A DNA stretch of 64,000 nucleotides from Alphaproteobacteria bacterium (GTDB lineage: Bacteria; Pseudomonadota; Alphaproteobacteria; MPNO01), in NCBI GenBank assembly GCA_964291675.2, contig OZ219866.1, positions 2,944,001 to 3,008,000 on the forward strand, read 5' to 3'. Below are positions 1 through 11,224 of this stretch, piece after piece. The notes under the pieces are model-generated. The model did no database searches and was not told the DNA's origin. It saw only the letters and a list, made by a program, of their open reading frames with translations. Position 1 is the stretch's first letter. The number at the start of each line of letters is the position of its first letter. The position numbers were made by a program, and so were the translations under genes.

Positions 1-935
1 ATCTGCTCGCGGACGATGTCGATCCCGGTGATCGCCTCGGTCACCGGATGCTCCACCTGGAGGCGCGTGTTCATCTCGATGAAGTAGAATTCGCCGTCCT
101 CGAAGAGAAATTCCAGGGTGCCTGCGCTGCGATAGCCGAGGCGTTGCATCGCCTGGCAGGCGATGCCGCCGATCCGGTCGCGCTGGTCGTCGTTCAGCGC
201 CGGAGAGCCCGCCTCTTCCAGCACCTTCTGGTGGCGGCGCTGGAGCGAGCAGTCGCGCTCGCCGAGATGGACGACATTGCCTTCCCGGTCGGCGAGCACC
301 TGCACCTCGATGTGGCGGGGCCGGTCGAGATATTTCTCGATATAGACCGATTCGTCGCGGAAGGCCGCCTTGGCCTCGGAGCGCGCCATGGCGAGCGCCG
401 AGGGCAGCACGTCGGCGGCCTCCGCGACCTTCATGCCGCGCCCGCCACCGCCGCCGGCCGCCTTGATCAGCACCGGAAAGCCGATTTCCCCGGCGATTCG
501 CGCCGCCTCCGAATCCTCGCTCACCGGACCGTCCGAGCCGGGGACGGCGGGGACGCCGAGCCCGATCATCGCCTTCTTGGCCGCGATCTTGTCGCCCATC
601 ATCGCGATGTGATCCGCCGACGGCCCGATGAAGCAGAGGCCGTGCTCCTCGACGATGGAGGCGAACTTGTCGTCTTCCGACAGGAAGCCGTAGCCCGGAT
701 GGATGGCGTCCGCGCCCGCGATCACCGCCGCCGAGACGATCGCCGGCACGTTGAGATAGCTCTGGCGCGCCGCCGGCGGGCCGATGCAGACGCTCTCGTC
801 GGCGAGCCGGACATGCATCGCGTCCTTGTCCGCCGTCGAGTGCACCGCGACGGTCTGGATTCCCATCTCCTTGCACGCACGGTGGATCCGCAGAGCCACC
901 TCTCCCCGGTTGGCGATAAGGACCTTGTCGAACAA
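1..935 (-). CDS. accC: Acetyl-CoA carboxylase biotin carboxylase subunit (3' end outside window)
   Basis: Minus strand from TTG at 935 reads [26 protein letters not shown], later [10 protein letters not shown] and [13 protein letters not shown]; directly downstream of accB. Confidence 0.95.
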   Translation of the reverse strand, partial: MFDKVLIANRGEVALRIHRACKEMGIQTVAVHSTADKDAMHVRLADESVCIGPPAARQSYLNVPAIVSAAVIAGADAIHPGYGFLSEDDKFASIVEEHGLCFIGPSADHIAMMGDKIAAKKAMIGLGVPAVPGSDGPVSEDSEAARIAGEIGFPVLIKAAGGGGGRGMKVAEAADVLPSALAMARSEAKAAFRDESVYIEKYLDRPRHIEVQVLADREGNVVHLGERDCSLQRRHQKVLEEAGSPALNDDQRDRIGGIACQAMQRLGYRSAGTLEFLFEDGEFYFIEMNTRLQVEHPVTEAITGIDIVREQ

Positions 936-945
936 GCGGGACCCC

Positions 946-1398
946 TTATTCGAGGACGATCAGCGCTTCGCCGAATTCCACCGGTGCTGCATCGGAGACC
1001 AGAATGCGGGCGACCTTGCCGGCGCGCGGCGCGCGGATCGGGTTAAAAGTCTTCATCGCCTCGATCAGAAGCAGCGTGTCGCCGGCGGCGACCGTGTCGC
1101 CGGGCTGCACGAAAGGCAGGGCGCCGGGCTCCGGCGCGACATAGACGGTGCCGACCATGGGCGCGACGACGGCATCCTCCGTCGCAGGCTCCGGGGCTTC
1201 CGGCGCGAGCGGCGGCGACTCCGGCGGCGGAACGGAAGCGGGCGGCGGCGCGGGCGCGGCGGCGTGCGCCGCCGCGGTCCGCCCGGTCACCCGGATCCGG
1301 CGGTCGCCCTCGGCATATTCGATTTCCCCGAGCCCGGTCTCTTCCAGCAGGGATGCCAGCCGCCGGATCAACGCTTCGTCGATCTCCAGCGGCGGCAT
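946..1398 (-). CDS. accB: Biotin carboxyl carrier protein
   Basis: APMVGTVY and EAMKTFN biotinylation motif, Pro/Ala linker; ATG overlaps the aroQ stop. Confidence 0.95.
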   Translation of the reverse strand: MPPLEIDEALIRRLASLLEETGLGEIEYAEGDRRIRVTGRTAAAHAAAPAPPPASVPPPESPPLAPEAPEPATEDAVVAPMVGTVYVAPEPGALPFVQPGDTVAAGDTLLLIEAMKTFNPIRAPRAGKVARILVSDAAPVEFGEALIVLE

Positions 1399-1853
1399 CA
1401 GCCCGCTTTCGCTGCGCCCGACGCCAGACGGGAAGCGGCTTCGACGGCGAGGGTGTAGCCGTGGCTGCCGAAGCCGCAGATCACCCCGGCGGCGACCCTG
1501 GAGACATAGCTGTCGTGGCGGAACGCCTCGCGCCGGTGCGGGTTGGACAGATGCAGCTCGATCACCGGAAGCTCGCTCGCGACAAGCGCATCCATCAGGG
1601 AGAGCGATGTGTGGGTGAGCCCCGCGGGGTTGATCACGATCGCGTCCTGGGTCTCGCGCGCGGCGTGAATCCAGTCGATCAGCTCGCCCTCGTGGTTGGA
1701 CTGGCGGAAGTCGATTTCGACGCCGAGCGAACGCCCCTTGTCGCGGCACAGCCTCTCGATCTCGGCCAGCGTCTCGCGGCCGTAGATCTCCGGCTGGCGT
1801 GTACCGAGCATGTTGAGGTTGGGGCCGTTGAGGACGAGGACGCGGGGGGCCAA
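1398..1853 (-). CDS. aroQ: Type II 3-dehydroquinate dehydratase
   Basis: [40 protein letters not shown] motifs. Confidence 0.97.
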   Translation of the reverse strand: MAPRVLVLNGPNLNMLGTRQPEIYGRETLAEIERLCRDKGRSLGVEIDFRQSNHEGELIDWIHAARETQDAIVINPAGLTHTSLSLMDALVASELPVIELHLSNPHRREAFRHDSYVSRVAAGVICGFGSHGYTLAVEAASRLASGAAKAG

Positions 1854-2017
1854 GCTCGATCACTTCCGGTGAGAGGGGACAAATCTATATAGGGGGACGG
1901 GATTCGATTCGCAACGACGGCGTGCGCGACGCCCCTCTCCCGACCCCTTTACAGCCTCCGCAACCCCGTCTATCACCGGCGCCCTCGCTCCGGCGTGGCT
2001 ATGGGCGGCGGCGCAGC

Positions 2018-3148
2018 ATGACCGACAAGATCGCACGCTTTCTCGCGGCCCGCCGGCCGGCCACGCCTTGCCTGGTGGTCGATCTCGACGTCGTCGAGGA
2101 GAACTACCGCGCGCTCGTCGAAGCCCTGCCCACGGCCGAGATCTACTACGCCATGAAGGCCAACCCGGCGCGGCCGATCGTCGAGCGTCTCGAACGCCTG
2201 GGTTCCAGCTTCGACACCGCCAGCATCTACGAGATCGAGCAGTGTCGGGCGCTCGGCATCGCGCCGGAGCGGATGGCCTATGGCAGCACCGTCAAGAAGG
2301 AGCGCGACATCCGCAGCGCGCACGCCTACGGCGTCGGGCTGTTCGCCTTCGACAGCGAGGCCGAGCTCGCCAAGCTCGCCCGCGCGGCCCCCGGCGCCCG
2401 GGTGCTGTGCCGCATCGCGATGGAGGGCGCCGGCGCCGACTGGCCGCTGTCGGAGAAATTCGGCTGCCGCATCGACATGGCGATCGATCTTCTCCAGCGC
2501 GCGGGCGCGCTCGGTCTCGATCCGCACGGCCTGTCTTTCCATGTCGGCTCGCAGCAACGCGATGTCGCGCAGTGGGATATCGCGATCGGGCGGTCGGCAA
2601 TGGTCTTCACCGCGCTGAACCGGCGCGGCGTCGACCTCGAGACGATCAATCTCGGCGGCGGGTTTCCCGCGCGCTACCGCCAGCACGCACCCCCGGTGGA
2701 GCGCTACGGCGCGGCGATTTCCGCCGCGATGACCCGGCATTTCGGCAACAACCTGCCACGCATGATGATCGAGCCGGGGCGCTGCATCCCCGGCGATGCC
2801 GGCGTCATCCAGACCGAGGTGGTGCTGATTTCGCGCAAATCCCGCGACGACGACAGGCGCTGGGTCTATCTCGACGTCGGGCGTTTCGGCGGGCTGCCCG
2901 AGGTGCTGGACGAGGCGATCCAGTACCAGCTGCGCACCGGGCGCGACGGCGGGCCGACCGGACCGGTGGCGATCGCCGGGCCGACCTGCGACGAGGTCGA
3001 CATGCTCTACGAGAATGCGGGCTACGAGCTTCCGCTCGCGCTCCGGATCGGCGACCGGATCGAGATCCTGAGCGCCGGCGCCTACACGGCGAGCTACGCC
3101 TCGATTGGCTTCAACGGCTTCCCGCCGCTCGACGAGTACTACATCTAG
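2018..3148 (+). CDS. Ornithine/lysine decarboxylase (fold III PLP enzyme)
   Basis: YYAMKANP, SFHVGSQ, NLGGGF, IEPGR, GPTCD, GAYT motifs. Confidence 0.9.
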   Translation: MTDKIARFLAARRPATPCLVVDLDVVEENYRALVEALPTAEIYYAMKANPARPIVERLERLGSSFDTASIYEIEQCRALGIAPERMAYGSTVKKERDIRSAHAYGVGLFAFDSEAELAKLARAAPGARVLCRIAMEGAGADWPLSEKFGCRIDMAIDLLQRAGALGLDPHGLSFHVGSQQRDVAQWDIAIGRSAMVFTALNRRGVDLETINLGGGFPARYRQHAPPVERYGAAISAAMTRHFGNNLPRMMIEPGRCIPGDAGVIQTEVVLISRKSRDDDRRWVYLDVGRFGGLPEVLDEAIQYQLRTGRDGGPTGPVAIAGPTCDEVDMLYENAGYELPLALRIGDRIEILSAGAYTASYASIGFNGFPPLDEYYI

Positions 3149-3912
3149 CGGGCTTCGGTGCGCCCGTCCGCGGCCGCCTCGCGCGCGTCCGCGACGAGTT
3201 GGCGCATCGTCTCCAGATCGCGCCCGCCGCGGATCACCTTGCCGCCGATGACGAATGACGGGGTGCCGTTGAGGGAGAGCGCGTCGGCGATGGCGTAGTT
3301 GCGGTTGATGATGCGGGCGATGTCGGGCTTTCCGAGATCGCGTTCCAGCCGCCGCCGGTCGAGCCCCGCCTGCTCGGCGAGGGAGAGCACCTTGCCCCTG
3401 TCCAGCGCGCCGCGCGACTCCATCATGAGGTCGTGGAAGCGCAGGTATTTCGCACCGCCCTGGTTGCGCGAGGCCAGCGCCGCGCGGGCGGCGAAGACCG
3501 ATTCGGGACCGAGAATCGGCCATTCGATGTAGACCCGACGGATCTTGCCGTCGGACGCGATGAGCTCGTCGACGATCGGATGGACCCGCCGGCACACGCC
3601 GCAGCGGTAGTCGAAGAACTCGACCACGGTCACGTCGCCGTCGACATTGCCGCCCACCGGGGTCGCCGGGCGCTCGAACAGGTCCCGCCGGTACTTCTCG
3701 ATGGCGACCGCGGCGGCGCTCTCCTTCGCCGCCTCGCGCTTGGCCGCGAGCGCCTCCATCGCGCGCTCGATCACCTCCGGATGGCGCAGCAGGTAGGACT
3801 CGACGACGCTTTCAATGGCCTGGCGCTGCTCGGCCGTCATCTCGGCCGCGCGGGCGGGGAGTGCGCCCGCCACGGCGATCGCACAGACCGCCGCGAGAAT
3901 CCATGAGCGCAT
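3145..3912 (-). CDS. DsbA-family thiol-disulfide oxidoreductase
   Basis: Signal peptide, EFFDYRCGVC (CxxC), GTPSF. Confidence 0.9.
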   Translation of the reverse strand: MRSWILAAVCAIAVAGALPARAAEMTAEQRQAIESVVESYLLRHPEVIERAMEALAAKREAAKESAAAVAIEKYRRDLFERPATPVGGNVDGDVTVVEFFDYRCGVCRRVHPIVDELIASDGKIRRVYIEWPILGPESVFAARAALASRNQGGAKYLRFHDLMMESRGALDRGKVLSLAEQAGLDRRRLERDLGKPDIARIINRNYAIADALSLNGTPSFVIGGKVIRGGRDLETMRQLVADAREAAADGRTEAR

Positions 3913-3989
3913 GCCGCTTCTCCCGTTCGCCGATCCAATTCCGCAAGCGCGCCGTCGCGATTCTATCACGGCAGGCGCCATGCCGCCGC

Positions 3990-5366
3990 TCACCGTCCCC
4001 GCGCGCGCCGTTTCAGCGTGCCCAGCAAATCCTCCGCGCGCAGGCGGCCGGCGGAGCCCTCCTCGAACAGGCGCTTGGCCCGTTCGGCCATCAGCACCGC
4101 ATCGCCCGTTCGTCCGGCGCGCATGGCATATTCGGCCGAGGCGAGCGCGGCTTCGCCGAGCTTTCCCGAGCGTCCATAGGCCGTCGCGGCAAGGCGCCAG
4201 GCGAGTGCGATGGTATCGTCGTAGCGCAGCGCCTCTTCCAAATTGGAGACCGCCGACCCGAGCAGCGTCTGCCGGTTGGTCTCGATCATGGCATGGGCGA
4301 GCCCGACGCGCAGCAGCGGCGCATCGGGAAGTTGCTCGACCGCGCGGCGGTAGTAGGGCAGGGCGTCCGCGATCCGGCCGCTCTCGAACAGGATCTGGCC
4401 CTTGAGCTCGAGAAAATACGGGTCTTCCGGATGCTCGGAGATCAGCCCGGAGACGGTGTCCAGCGCCTTGGCGAATTCCGCCTGGCGATAATGCGCGACG
4501 GCGCGGGCGTAGCGCGCCGGCACGGAGCCGTCGCTCGCCGGATATTTGCGCAGGGTTTGCTCGGGCCGGTCGAGGAAGCCGTCGAGCTTGGCGACCATGC
4601 GCCGATGCGCGTCGATGGCCGCCGGCGGGGCCGGGACGTCGGAATGCCTGGAATTCGCGACATGGTTGCGCAGGAACGCGATCCGGTCGCGGGTCAGCGG
4701 ATGGGTGACCTGGTAGCTGATCTGCTCCTCTTCCTGCCGGCTCAGGAACAGGCTCTGGTAGTCCTCGAGAATCTCCATGAATTCGAGCAAGCCGCGGCTC
4801 GACTGGCCGGTCCGGTCGAGCAGGCGGACGGCCGCGCGGTCCGCCGAATTCTCCTGCGTCCGGCTGAAGGAAAGGAGCCGCGAGCGCACCAGATGCTGGC
4901 CCGCGCTGATGGTCGCGATCGCCACCCCGGCATCGCCCGCCAGCGTGCCGAGGACGGCGCCGATCACGGCGCTCATCAGCGTCGGCGTGGCGGCGTCGCG
5001 CAGCACGGTGTCGAGCCGCGCCAGGTGACCGCCCGCGATGTGACCCGTCTCATGCGCCAGCACCCCGATCACCTGCCCCGGATGCGTGGTCCGGCGCAGC
5101 AGGCCGGTGGTCAGGAACATGTGCCGCCCGCGCGAGACGAAGGCGTTGGGCGCGTTCGAGCGCAGCAGGTGGATGCGCACCGAATCGGGCTCGACGCCGG
5201 CGGCGTCGAGGATCGGTTCGAGATGGGACCGGATAATATTCTCGATCTCGGTGTCGTAGATCTGTACCGTCGGGGCGGCGAGAGCCGGCGCGGCGGACGC
5301 GATCAGCAAGGCGCCGCTCAGGGCCTTCACCCAAGCGGCGAGGCGAATGAAACCGGTACGGAACAT
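3990..5366 (-). CDS. M48 family metalloprotease with TPR region (BepA/YfgC-like)
   Basis: NAF, AHETGH (HExxH), FSRTQENSAD, THP motifs; signal peptide. Confidence 0.9.
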   Translation of the reverse strand: MFRTGFIRLAAWVKALSGALLIASAAPALAAPTVQIYDTEIENIIRSHLEPILDAAGVEPDSVRIHLLRSNAPNAFVSRGRHMFLTTGLLRRTTHPGQVIGVLAHETGHIAGGHLARLDTVLRDAATPTLMSAVIGAVLGTLAGDAGVAIATISAGQHLVRSRLLSFSRTQENSADRAAVRLLDRTGQSSRGLLEFMEILEDYQSLFLSRQEEEQISYQVTHPLTRDRIAFLRNHVANSRHSDVPAPPAAIDAHRRMVAKLDGFLDRPEQTLRKYPASDGSVPARYARAVAHYRQAEFAKALDTVSGLISEHPEDPYFLELKGQILFESGRIADALPYYRRAVEQLPDAPLLRVGLAHAMIETNRQTLLGSAVSNLEEALRYDDTIALAWRLAATAYGRSGKLGEAALASAEYAMRAGRTGDAVLMAERAKRLFEEGSAGRLRAEDLLGTLKRRARGR

Positions 5367-5391
5367 CGAACACCTTGTTCTGTGTAGGCGT

Positions 5392-6855
5392 ATGTGGGTC
5401 GCTGTCCGCCGTAAAACAATCTTCTTCGCCGTCATTCCCCTGCTGGCGGGGTGCGGGACCGTCTCCCAGCCTCTCGGCGTTGTCGGTCGCGCCGCGGACG
5501 GCTTCGGCGGCGCCGTCGCGGATGAGCCGACCGCCGCCCTGGTCGCGCGGGATATCCTGTCCGCCGGCGGCAACGCGGCCGACGCCGCGGTGGCGCTCTA
5601 TTTCGCGCTCGCCGCGACCTATCCGGTCGCGGCGGGTATCGGCGGCGGCGGGGTCTGTCTGGCCTACGATTCCCGCAGCAACCGGCCCGGGATGGTCGAT
5701 TTCGGCCTCGCGCGGATGGCGGGGTCGGCCGGCGCGAAGCCCGGTGTCGCGCCGCCCGGCAATGTCCGCGGCATGGCCGCCCTGCACGCGCGCTTCGGTG
5801 GGCTTCGCTGGGCCCGGCTGGTTCAGCCGGGCGAACGTATCGCCCGTTTCGGCCATCGGATCTCGCGCGCCCTGGCGCGCTCGATCGCCGCCAACGCCGC
5901 TCGCCTCCGGCGCGACGAGCGGGCGCGCTCTCTCTTCTTCAGACCCGACGGCAGCCCGCTGCGGGAAGGCGACCGTCTGGAACAGGTGACGCTCGCCACG
6001 GTCATCGGCCAGCTACGGTTCCAGGGAGCGGGCGCGCTCCACAGCGGTCCCCTGGCGCGCCGCTATGCCGAGTCCGCCGCCGCCATCGGCAGCAGCCTGC
6101 CCGTCGCGGCGCTGCGCAGCGCCACGCCGGCGTGGCGCGAACCGCAACGCTTCGAGGTCGGCGACCATGAAGCCGTGCTGGTGCCCTCCTCGATGGCGGC
6201 GGGGCTGTGGCGACGGCTCTTCGTCGAGGGGGCGTATGGCCGCGCCGACGACACCGGCAAGGCGCGGGCGATCGCCGAGGCGGCGCTCGCCGCCGGCCGA
6301 CCGGCGCCGGGCGCCCATCCCGCCTCGCCGGACTTGAGCGGGACCACGGGTTTCGCCGTAATCGACCGCGCCGGCGGGGCCGTCGCCTGCCGCCTCTCGA
6401 TGAACGGGGCCTTCGGGACGGGGAGGATTCTCCCCGGAATCGGGGCTTTTGCCGCGGCGCCCGGGCGCGGGACCGAGGCGGCCTCGATCGCCGTCGTCAG
6501 CAACGCCAACACCCGCAACACGTTCTTCGCCGCCGCGGCTTCCGGCGGACCGGCCTCCGCCGCCGCCCTGGTCCGGGTTGCCGGCGGCGTCCTGTTCGAC
6601 GGAAGGCCGGTGGCGGACGCCCTGGCGGACGGCCGCGTCTCCGCCGATGCCCGATCGCGGACGGTCTACGCCGAGGCCGGAATTGCCGATACCGCCGCGC
6701 CGTTCCGGGGCCGCGGCTTCAGGATCGTCGCCGGCGGCTCGCTCGGCCGCGTCAACGCGATCCACTGCCCCGGCGGCAGCCGGCGCGGCCAGGACAGCTG
6801 CCGCTACGGCGTCGATCCGCGCGGATTCGGCCACGCCGCGAGCGCGGCGCGGTAG
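5392..6855 (+). CDS. Gamma-glutamyltransferase-family lipoprotein
   Basis: LLAGC lipobox, GGNAADAA, GIGGGG, GTTGFAVID (Thr nucleophile region). Confidence 0.8.
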   Translation: MWVAVRRKTIFFAVIPLLAGCGTVSQPLGVVGRAADGFGGAVADEPTAALVARDILSAGGNAADAAVALYFALAATYPVAAGIGGGGVCLAYDSRSNRPGMVDFGLARMAGSAGAKPGVAPPGNVRGMAALHARFGGLRWARLVQPGERIARFGHRISRALARSIAANAARLRRDERARSLFFRPDGSPLREGDRLEQVTLATVIGQLRFQGAGALHSGPLARRYAESAAAIGSSLPVAALRSATPAWREPQRFEVGDHEAVLVPSSMAAGLWRRLFVEGAYGRADDTGKARAIAEAALAAGRPAPGAHPASPDLSGTTGFAVIDRAGGAVACRLSMNGAFGTGRILPGIGAFAAAPGRGTEAASIAVVSNANTRNTFFAAAASGGPASAAALVRVAGGVLFDGRPVADALADGRVSADARSRTVYAEAGIADTAAPFRGRGFRIVAGGSLGRVNAIHCPGGSRRGQDSCRYGVDPRGFGHAASAAR

Positions 6856-6856
6856 C

Positions 6857-8017
6857 ATGGCGCTCAAGCGCGCCGCCCGCGGGTCGGTCCCGCCCTTCAT
6901 CGTGATGGACGTCATGCGCGTGGCCAACGAGCGCGCGGCGGCCGGAGAGGACATCGTCCACCTGGAGGTGGGACAGCCGGCGACATCCGCGCCCCGCGCC
7001 GTGCTCGACGCGGCCGCCGCGGTGCTGGAGCGCGATCCGCTGGGCTACACCGAAGCGACCGGCATCCCCGATCTCCGCTCGAGGATCGCCCGGCACTATC
7101 GCGAACGCTACGGCATCGACCCGGATCCGGCGCGGATCGTCGTCACCACGGGGTCGTCCGGCGGGTTCATGCTCGCCTTTCTGGCGGCCTTCGATCCCGG
7201 CGACCGCGTCGCCCTGGCCGATCCCGGATACCCGGCCTACCGCAACATCCTTTCGGCGCTCGGCATCGAGGCGGTGTGCATCGCGACAGGGCCGGAGACC
7301 CGGTTTCAGCCGACACCCGCGCTGCTGGAGGCCGAGGGCCGCCTCGACGGGCTGATCGTCGCGAGCCCGGCCAATCCCACCGGCACGATGCTCGACCGCG
7401 CCGCGCTCGCCGCGCTCGCGGGCTATTGCGCCGAGCGCGGCATCCGCCTGATCTCCGACGAGATCTATCACGGCATCGCCTACGAAGCCCCGGCCGATAC
7501 CGCGCTCCGCTTCACCGACCGGGCGGTGGCGATCAACAGCTTCTCGAAATACTTCTCGATGACCGGCTGGCGAATCGGCTGGATGGTGGTGCCGGAAGAC
7601 CTCGGCCGGGCCGTGGAATGCCTGGCCCAGAACCTGTTCATATCGCCGCCTACCCTGGCGCAGCATGCCGCCATCGCGGCTTTCGACTGCGCCGCCGAGC
7701 TCGACCGCAATGTCGCCAGATACGCGGAGAACCGGGCAATCCTGCTGGCCGGATTGCCGCCGATCGGCTTCGCCCGCTTCGCGCCCGCCGACGGCGCGTT
7801 CTATCTCTACGCCGACGTCCGCGCGTTCGGCATCGACAGCCGGGAGCTGAGCCGCCGGCTACTCGCCGAGGCGGGGGTCGCGGTCGCTCCCGGGCTCGAC
7901 TTCGACCGGCGCCGCGGCGGAGACTACGTGCGGCTGTCCTTCGCCGGATCGCAGCAGGACATGCGCGAGGCGGTGGCGCGGCTGGAGCGCTGGGCTGGCG
8001 CCGCGCCGGCTATTTGA
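6857..8017 (+). CDS. PLP-dependent class I/II aminotransferase
   Basis: [28 protein letters not shown]. Confidence 0.93.
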   Translation: MALKRAARGSVPPFIVMDVMRVANERAAAGEDIVHLEVGQPATSAPRAVLDAAAAVLERDPLGYTEATGIPDLRSRIARHYRERYGIDPDPARIVVTTGSSGGFMLAFLAAFDPGDRVALADPGYPAYRNILSALGIEAVCIATGPETRFQPTPALLEAEGRLDGLIVASPANPTGTMLDRAALAALAGYCAERGIRLISDEIYHGIAYEAPADTALRFTDRAVAINSFSKYFSMTGWRIGWMVVPEDLGRAVECLAQNLFISPPTLAQHAAIAAFDCAAELDRNVARYAENRAILLAGLPPIGFARFAPADGAFYLYADVRAFGIDSRELSRRLLAEAGVAVAPGLDFDRRRGGDYVRLSFAGSQQDMREAVARLERWAGAAPAI

Positions 8018-10820
8018 CGATCTTCTGCCACCAGCCGCGCCGTTTCGGGCGGTCGTTCTCCTCCGCGACGACGGCGTCGGCCGATTCGGACCCCGCCTCC
8101 CCTCCCGGCGCCGCCAGCGCCGGTGCGGGATCGGGCTCCGGCGGGGCGACCGACACCGGCTCGGGCTCGGGTTCCGCTATCGCAACCGGCTCGGGCGCGG
8201 GTTCCGGTATCGCGACCGGCTCGGGCTCGGGTTCCGCTATCGCGACCGGCTCGGGCTCGGGTTCCGGCATCGCGACCGGCTCGGGCGCGGGTTCCGGTAT
8301 CGCGACCGGCTCGGGCTCGGGTTCCGCTATCGCGACCGGCTCGGGCTCGGGTTCCGGCATCGCGACCGGCTCGGGCGCGGGTTCCGGTATCGCGACCCGC
8401 TCGGGCTCGGGTTCCGGCATCGCGACCGGCTCGGGCTCGGGTTCCGCTATCGCGACCGGCTCGGGCTCGGGTTCCGGCATCGCGACCGGCTCGGGCGCGG
8501 GTTCCGCTATCGCGACCCGCTCGGGCTCGGGTTCCGGCATCGCGACCGGCTCGGGCTCGGGCTCCGACCGGGGCTCCTGGACCGCTCCCGATTCGGGCAC
8601 GCCGTCGCCGTCGGGAGCCGCGCCGGGCGTCGCGGAACCGTCGGTCTCCGCCGCTCCGCCGGTGTCGGACGCCGCCTTGGAGCCGCGCCCCGACCGCCGG
8701 CGTCCCCCCCGGCGTCCCGAGCGTTTCCGGGCGGGCCGCTTCTCGCCGCCGGCGCCTTCGCCTTCGGTCTCTGCGGTCTCCTCCGACACGGCTTCCTCGG
8801 GCGGCTGTGCGGTCGTTTCCGCGGCGGGCTCGGCGACCGCTTCCGCGGCCGGCTTGCGCCGCGAGCGCCGGCGCCGCGAGCGCTTCTTCTCGCCGTCTTC
8901 CGCGGCGGCCTTGGCGGGCTTGTCCGCCGCTTCTGCGGCTGGCGGACGCTCGTCGGATTCCGCCGCGCGCACCCGCTCGATGCGCATATCGGGCGGAATC
9001 ACGCTGTCGTCGCCGAGCAGCGTGACCCGGAATCCGTAGCGGTTTTCGATGTCGGTCAGCATCGCCCGCTTGTTGTTGAGCACGTAGAGCGCGACCGAGC
9101 TGGGGATCGAGACCGTGACCTCGCCCAGACGGTGCCGGATTCCCTCGTCCTCCAGCGCGCGCAGCACCTGAAGCGCCATCGACTCGGTGGACCGCACGAA
9201 CCCGGCGCCCCGGCAATGGGGACAGGTCTGGCTGCTCGCTTCCTGCAGGCTCGGACGCAACCTCTGACGCGACAGCTCCAGCAGGCCGAAACCGCTGATC
9301 CGGCCGATCTGGATGCGCGCCCGGTCCGCCTTCATCGCCTCCTTGAGCCGGCGTTCGACCTGGCGCAGGTTGCGGTTTTCCTGCATGTCGATGAAGTCGA
9401 TGACGACGAGCCCCGCGAGGTCGCGCAGCCGGAGCTGGCGGGCGATCTCGTCGGCCGCTTCGACATTGGTGTTGACCGCGGTCTCCTCGATATTGCGCTC
9501 GCGCGTCGAACGGCCCGAGTTGACGTCGATGGAGACCAGCGCCTCGGTCGCCTGGATGACCAGGTAGCCGCCCGACTTGAGCTGCACCTCGGCGCTGTGG
9601 ATCGCATCGAGCTGCCCCTCGATCTGATAGCGGTGGAAGAGGGGGATGTCGGTCTCGCGATAGCGCTGGACCCGCTTGGCGTGGCTCGGCGTCAGCATCC
9701 GCATGTATTTCTTGGCGGTCTGGTAGGCCTCCATCCCGTCGACCAGGACCTCCTCCACGTCCCTGGTGTAGAGGTCGCGGATGGCCCGCTTGATCAGGCT
9801 CGCGTCCTCGTAGACCAGGGCCGGCGCGATCGAGTTGAAAGTCCGCTCGCGCACTTCGTCCCAGTTGCGGCTCAGATACTCGAAGTCCCGGCGGATTTCC
9901 GCCTTGCTCCGCTCGGTCCCGGCGGTCCGTATGATGACGCCCATCCCGTTCCGGATTTCGAGGTCGTCGATGATCTTCTTGAGCTTCTTGCGCGCGTTCG
10001 CGTTGGTGATCTTGCGCGAAATGCCGCCGCCGCGCGCCGTGTTGGGCATCAGGACGCAGTAGCGCCCGGCCAGCGAGATATAGGTGGTCAGCGCCGCGCC
10101 CTTGTTGCCGCGCTCTTCCTTGACCACCTGGACCAGGATGATCTGGTTGCGCTTGATGACTTCCTGGATCTTGTAGCGTCGGGCGCGCCGCCGGCCCGAT
10201 CCCGATTCGGCGTCGCCGTTGCCGTCCTTGCGCTTGCGTCCCCGGCGCCGCCTGCGGGGGGCGGGCCGAGCCTCTTCGCCGCCGGCGTCTTCGCCGTCTT
10301 CGTTTGCGGAGCCCGCCGCTTCCGGCGCCGCCTCCCCGTCCGCAGAGCCCTGAGGTTCTTCCGAATTCCCGGCCTCCGCGGCCGCTACATCGGCGAGCGG
10401 GGCGCCGGCCGATTCGGGAAGCGCGGCATCGGCCTCGTCCTCGGCCGGCTCCGCGTCGTCGGCCTCGGACATCTCCTCCACCGTGCTGTCGATCTCGTCG
10501 ACCAGCGCCTGCGCGACGTTTTCGTTCCCGCCCTCGGCGTTCTCCGCTGCGACCAGCGCCTCGCGGTCTTCCACCGGGATCTGGAAGTAGTCGGGGTGGA
10601 TGTCGTTGAAGGCCAGGAAGCCATGCCGGTCGCCCCCGAAATCGACGAACGCCGCCTGCAGGGACGGTTCGACTCGGGTGACCTTGGCTAGATAGATGTT
10701 TCCCTTGAACTGGCGTTTGGTCGACGTCTCGACGTCATACTCATCCAGCCGGTTCGCGCTGGTGATGACGACACGCACCTCTTCGAGGTGGGTGCCGTCG
10801 ATCAGCATCCGTTTTGTCAT
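8010..10820 (-). CDS. rne: Ribonuclease E
   Basis: [46 protein letters not shown] zinc link, C-terminal KRRGWWQK. Confidence 0.96.
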   Translation of the reverse strand: MTKRMLIDGTHLEEVRVVITSANRLDEYDVETSTKRQFKGNIYLAKVTRVEPSLQAAFVDFGGDRHGFLAFNDIHPDYFQIPVEDREALVAAENAEGGNENVAQALVDEIDSTVEEMSEADDAEPAEDEADAALPESAGAPLADVAAAEAGNSEEPQGSADGEAAPEAAGSANEDGEDAGGEEARPAPRRRRRGRKRKDGNGDAESGSGRRRARRYKIQEVIKRNQIILVQVVKEERGNKGAALTTYISLAGRYCVLMPNTARGGGISRKITNANARKKLKKIIDDLEIRNGMGVIIRTAGTERSKAEIRRDFEYLSRNWDEVRERTFNSIAPALVYEDASLIKRAIRDLYTRDVEEVLVDGMEAYQTAKKYMRMLTPSHAKRVQRYRETDIPLFHRYQIEGQLDAIHSAEVQLKSGGYLVIQATEALVSIDVNSGRSTRERNIEETAVNTNVEAADEIARQLRLRDLAGLVVIDFIDMQENRNLRQVERRLKEAMKADRARIQIGRISGFGLLELSRQRLRPSLQEASSQTCPHCRGAGFVRSTESMALQVLRALEDEGIRHRLGEVTVSIPSSVALYVLNNKRAMLTDIENRYGFRVTLLGDDSVIPPDMRIERVRAAESDERPPAAEAADKPAKAAAEDGEKKRSRRRRSRRKPAAEAVAEPAAETTAQPPEEAVSEETAETEGEGAGGEKRPARKRSGRRGGRRRSGRGSKAASDTGGAAETDGSATPGAAPDGDGVPESGAVQEPRSEPEPEPVAMPEPEPERVAIAEPAPEPVAMPEPEPEPVAIAEPEPEPVAMPEPEPERVAIPEPAPEPVAMPEPEPEPVAIAEPEPEPVAIPEPAPEPVAMPEPEPEPVAIAEPEPEPVAIPEPAPEPVAIAEPEPEPVSVAPPEPDPAPALAAPGGEAGSESADAVVAEENDRPKRRGWWQKIVK
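8161..8550. repeat. In-frame 30-bp tandem repeat (about 13 copies) inside rne
   Basis: Unit tcgggctcgggttccg(c/g)(t/c)atcgcgaccggc repeats every 30 nt and encodes [20 protein letters not shown]. Confidence 0.95.
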
Positions 10821-11224
10821 CAATTGCTCCGGGGCCGGCGCGGCGCGACGCAAGGCGTCGTGACGGCGCGCCCGGCCGTGTTTCGGTCGTGGCCTCGAGG
10901 GGCGCCGTCGAAACCCGGTCGCGCGGAATGGGCTCCGCCCGATCTCGGCCGATACGGCTGCCGAATTCTTTGCTTGCCTCGGACCCGGCCATTCTCTCCA
11001 AATTCCGACGTCAGCGTGCGGCGCCGGCTTTCGCCGGGCGCACTGCCGGCACGGCATCGCCGCTGCGTGCCGCATGCGCGGCCGAGCCCAGCCGGCCGCG
11101 TCCGAAACATAGTCGCGCGGCCCCGCGCACTCAACCGCATTCCTCACCGCCCGGCGGTCGATTGACACGCCGCGCGCGGCCAAGAAGAATTCCCGCCGCC
11201 GCAGTGGCCGCCGAGGAACGAATC

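Noticed and set aside
48-1046. Long plus-strand ORF, and many similar antisense or alternative-frame ORFs across the window
   Set aside because: Shadow ORFs of real genes in high-GC DNA (here antisense to accC); they have no motifs.
8161-8550. Possible CRISPR array
   Set aside because: Units are contiguous with no unique spacers, lie in frame within rne, and no cas genes are present.
7276-9216. GSGSGIAT- and RARAG-repeat ORFs
   Set aside because: Alternative readings of the rne 30-bp minisatellite.
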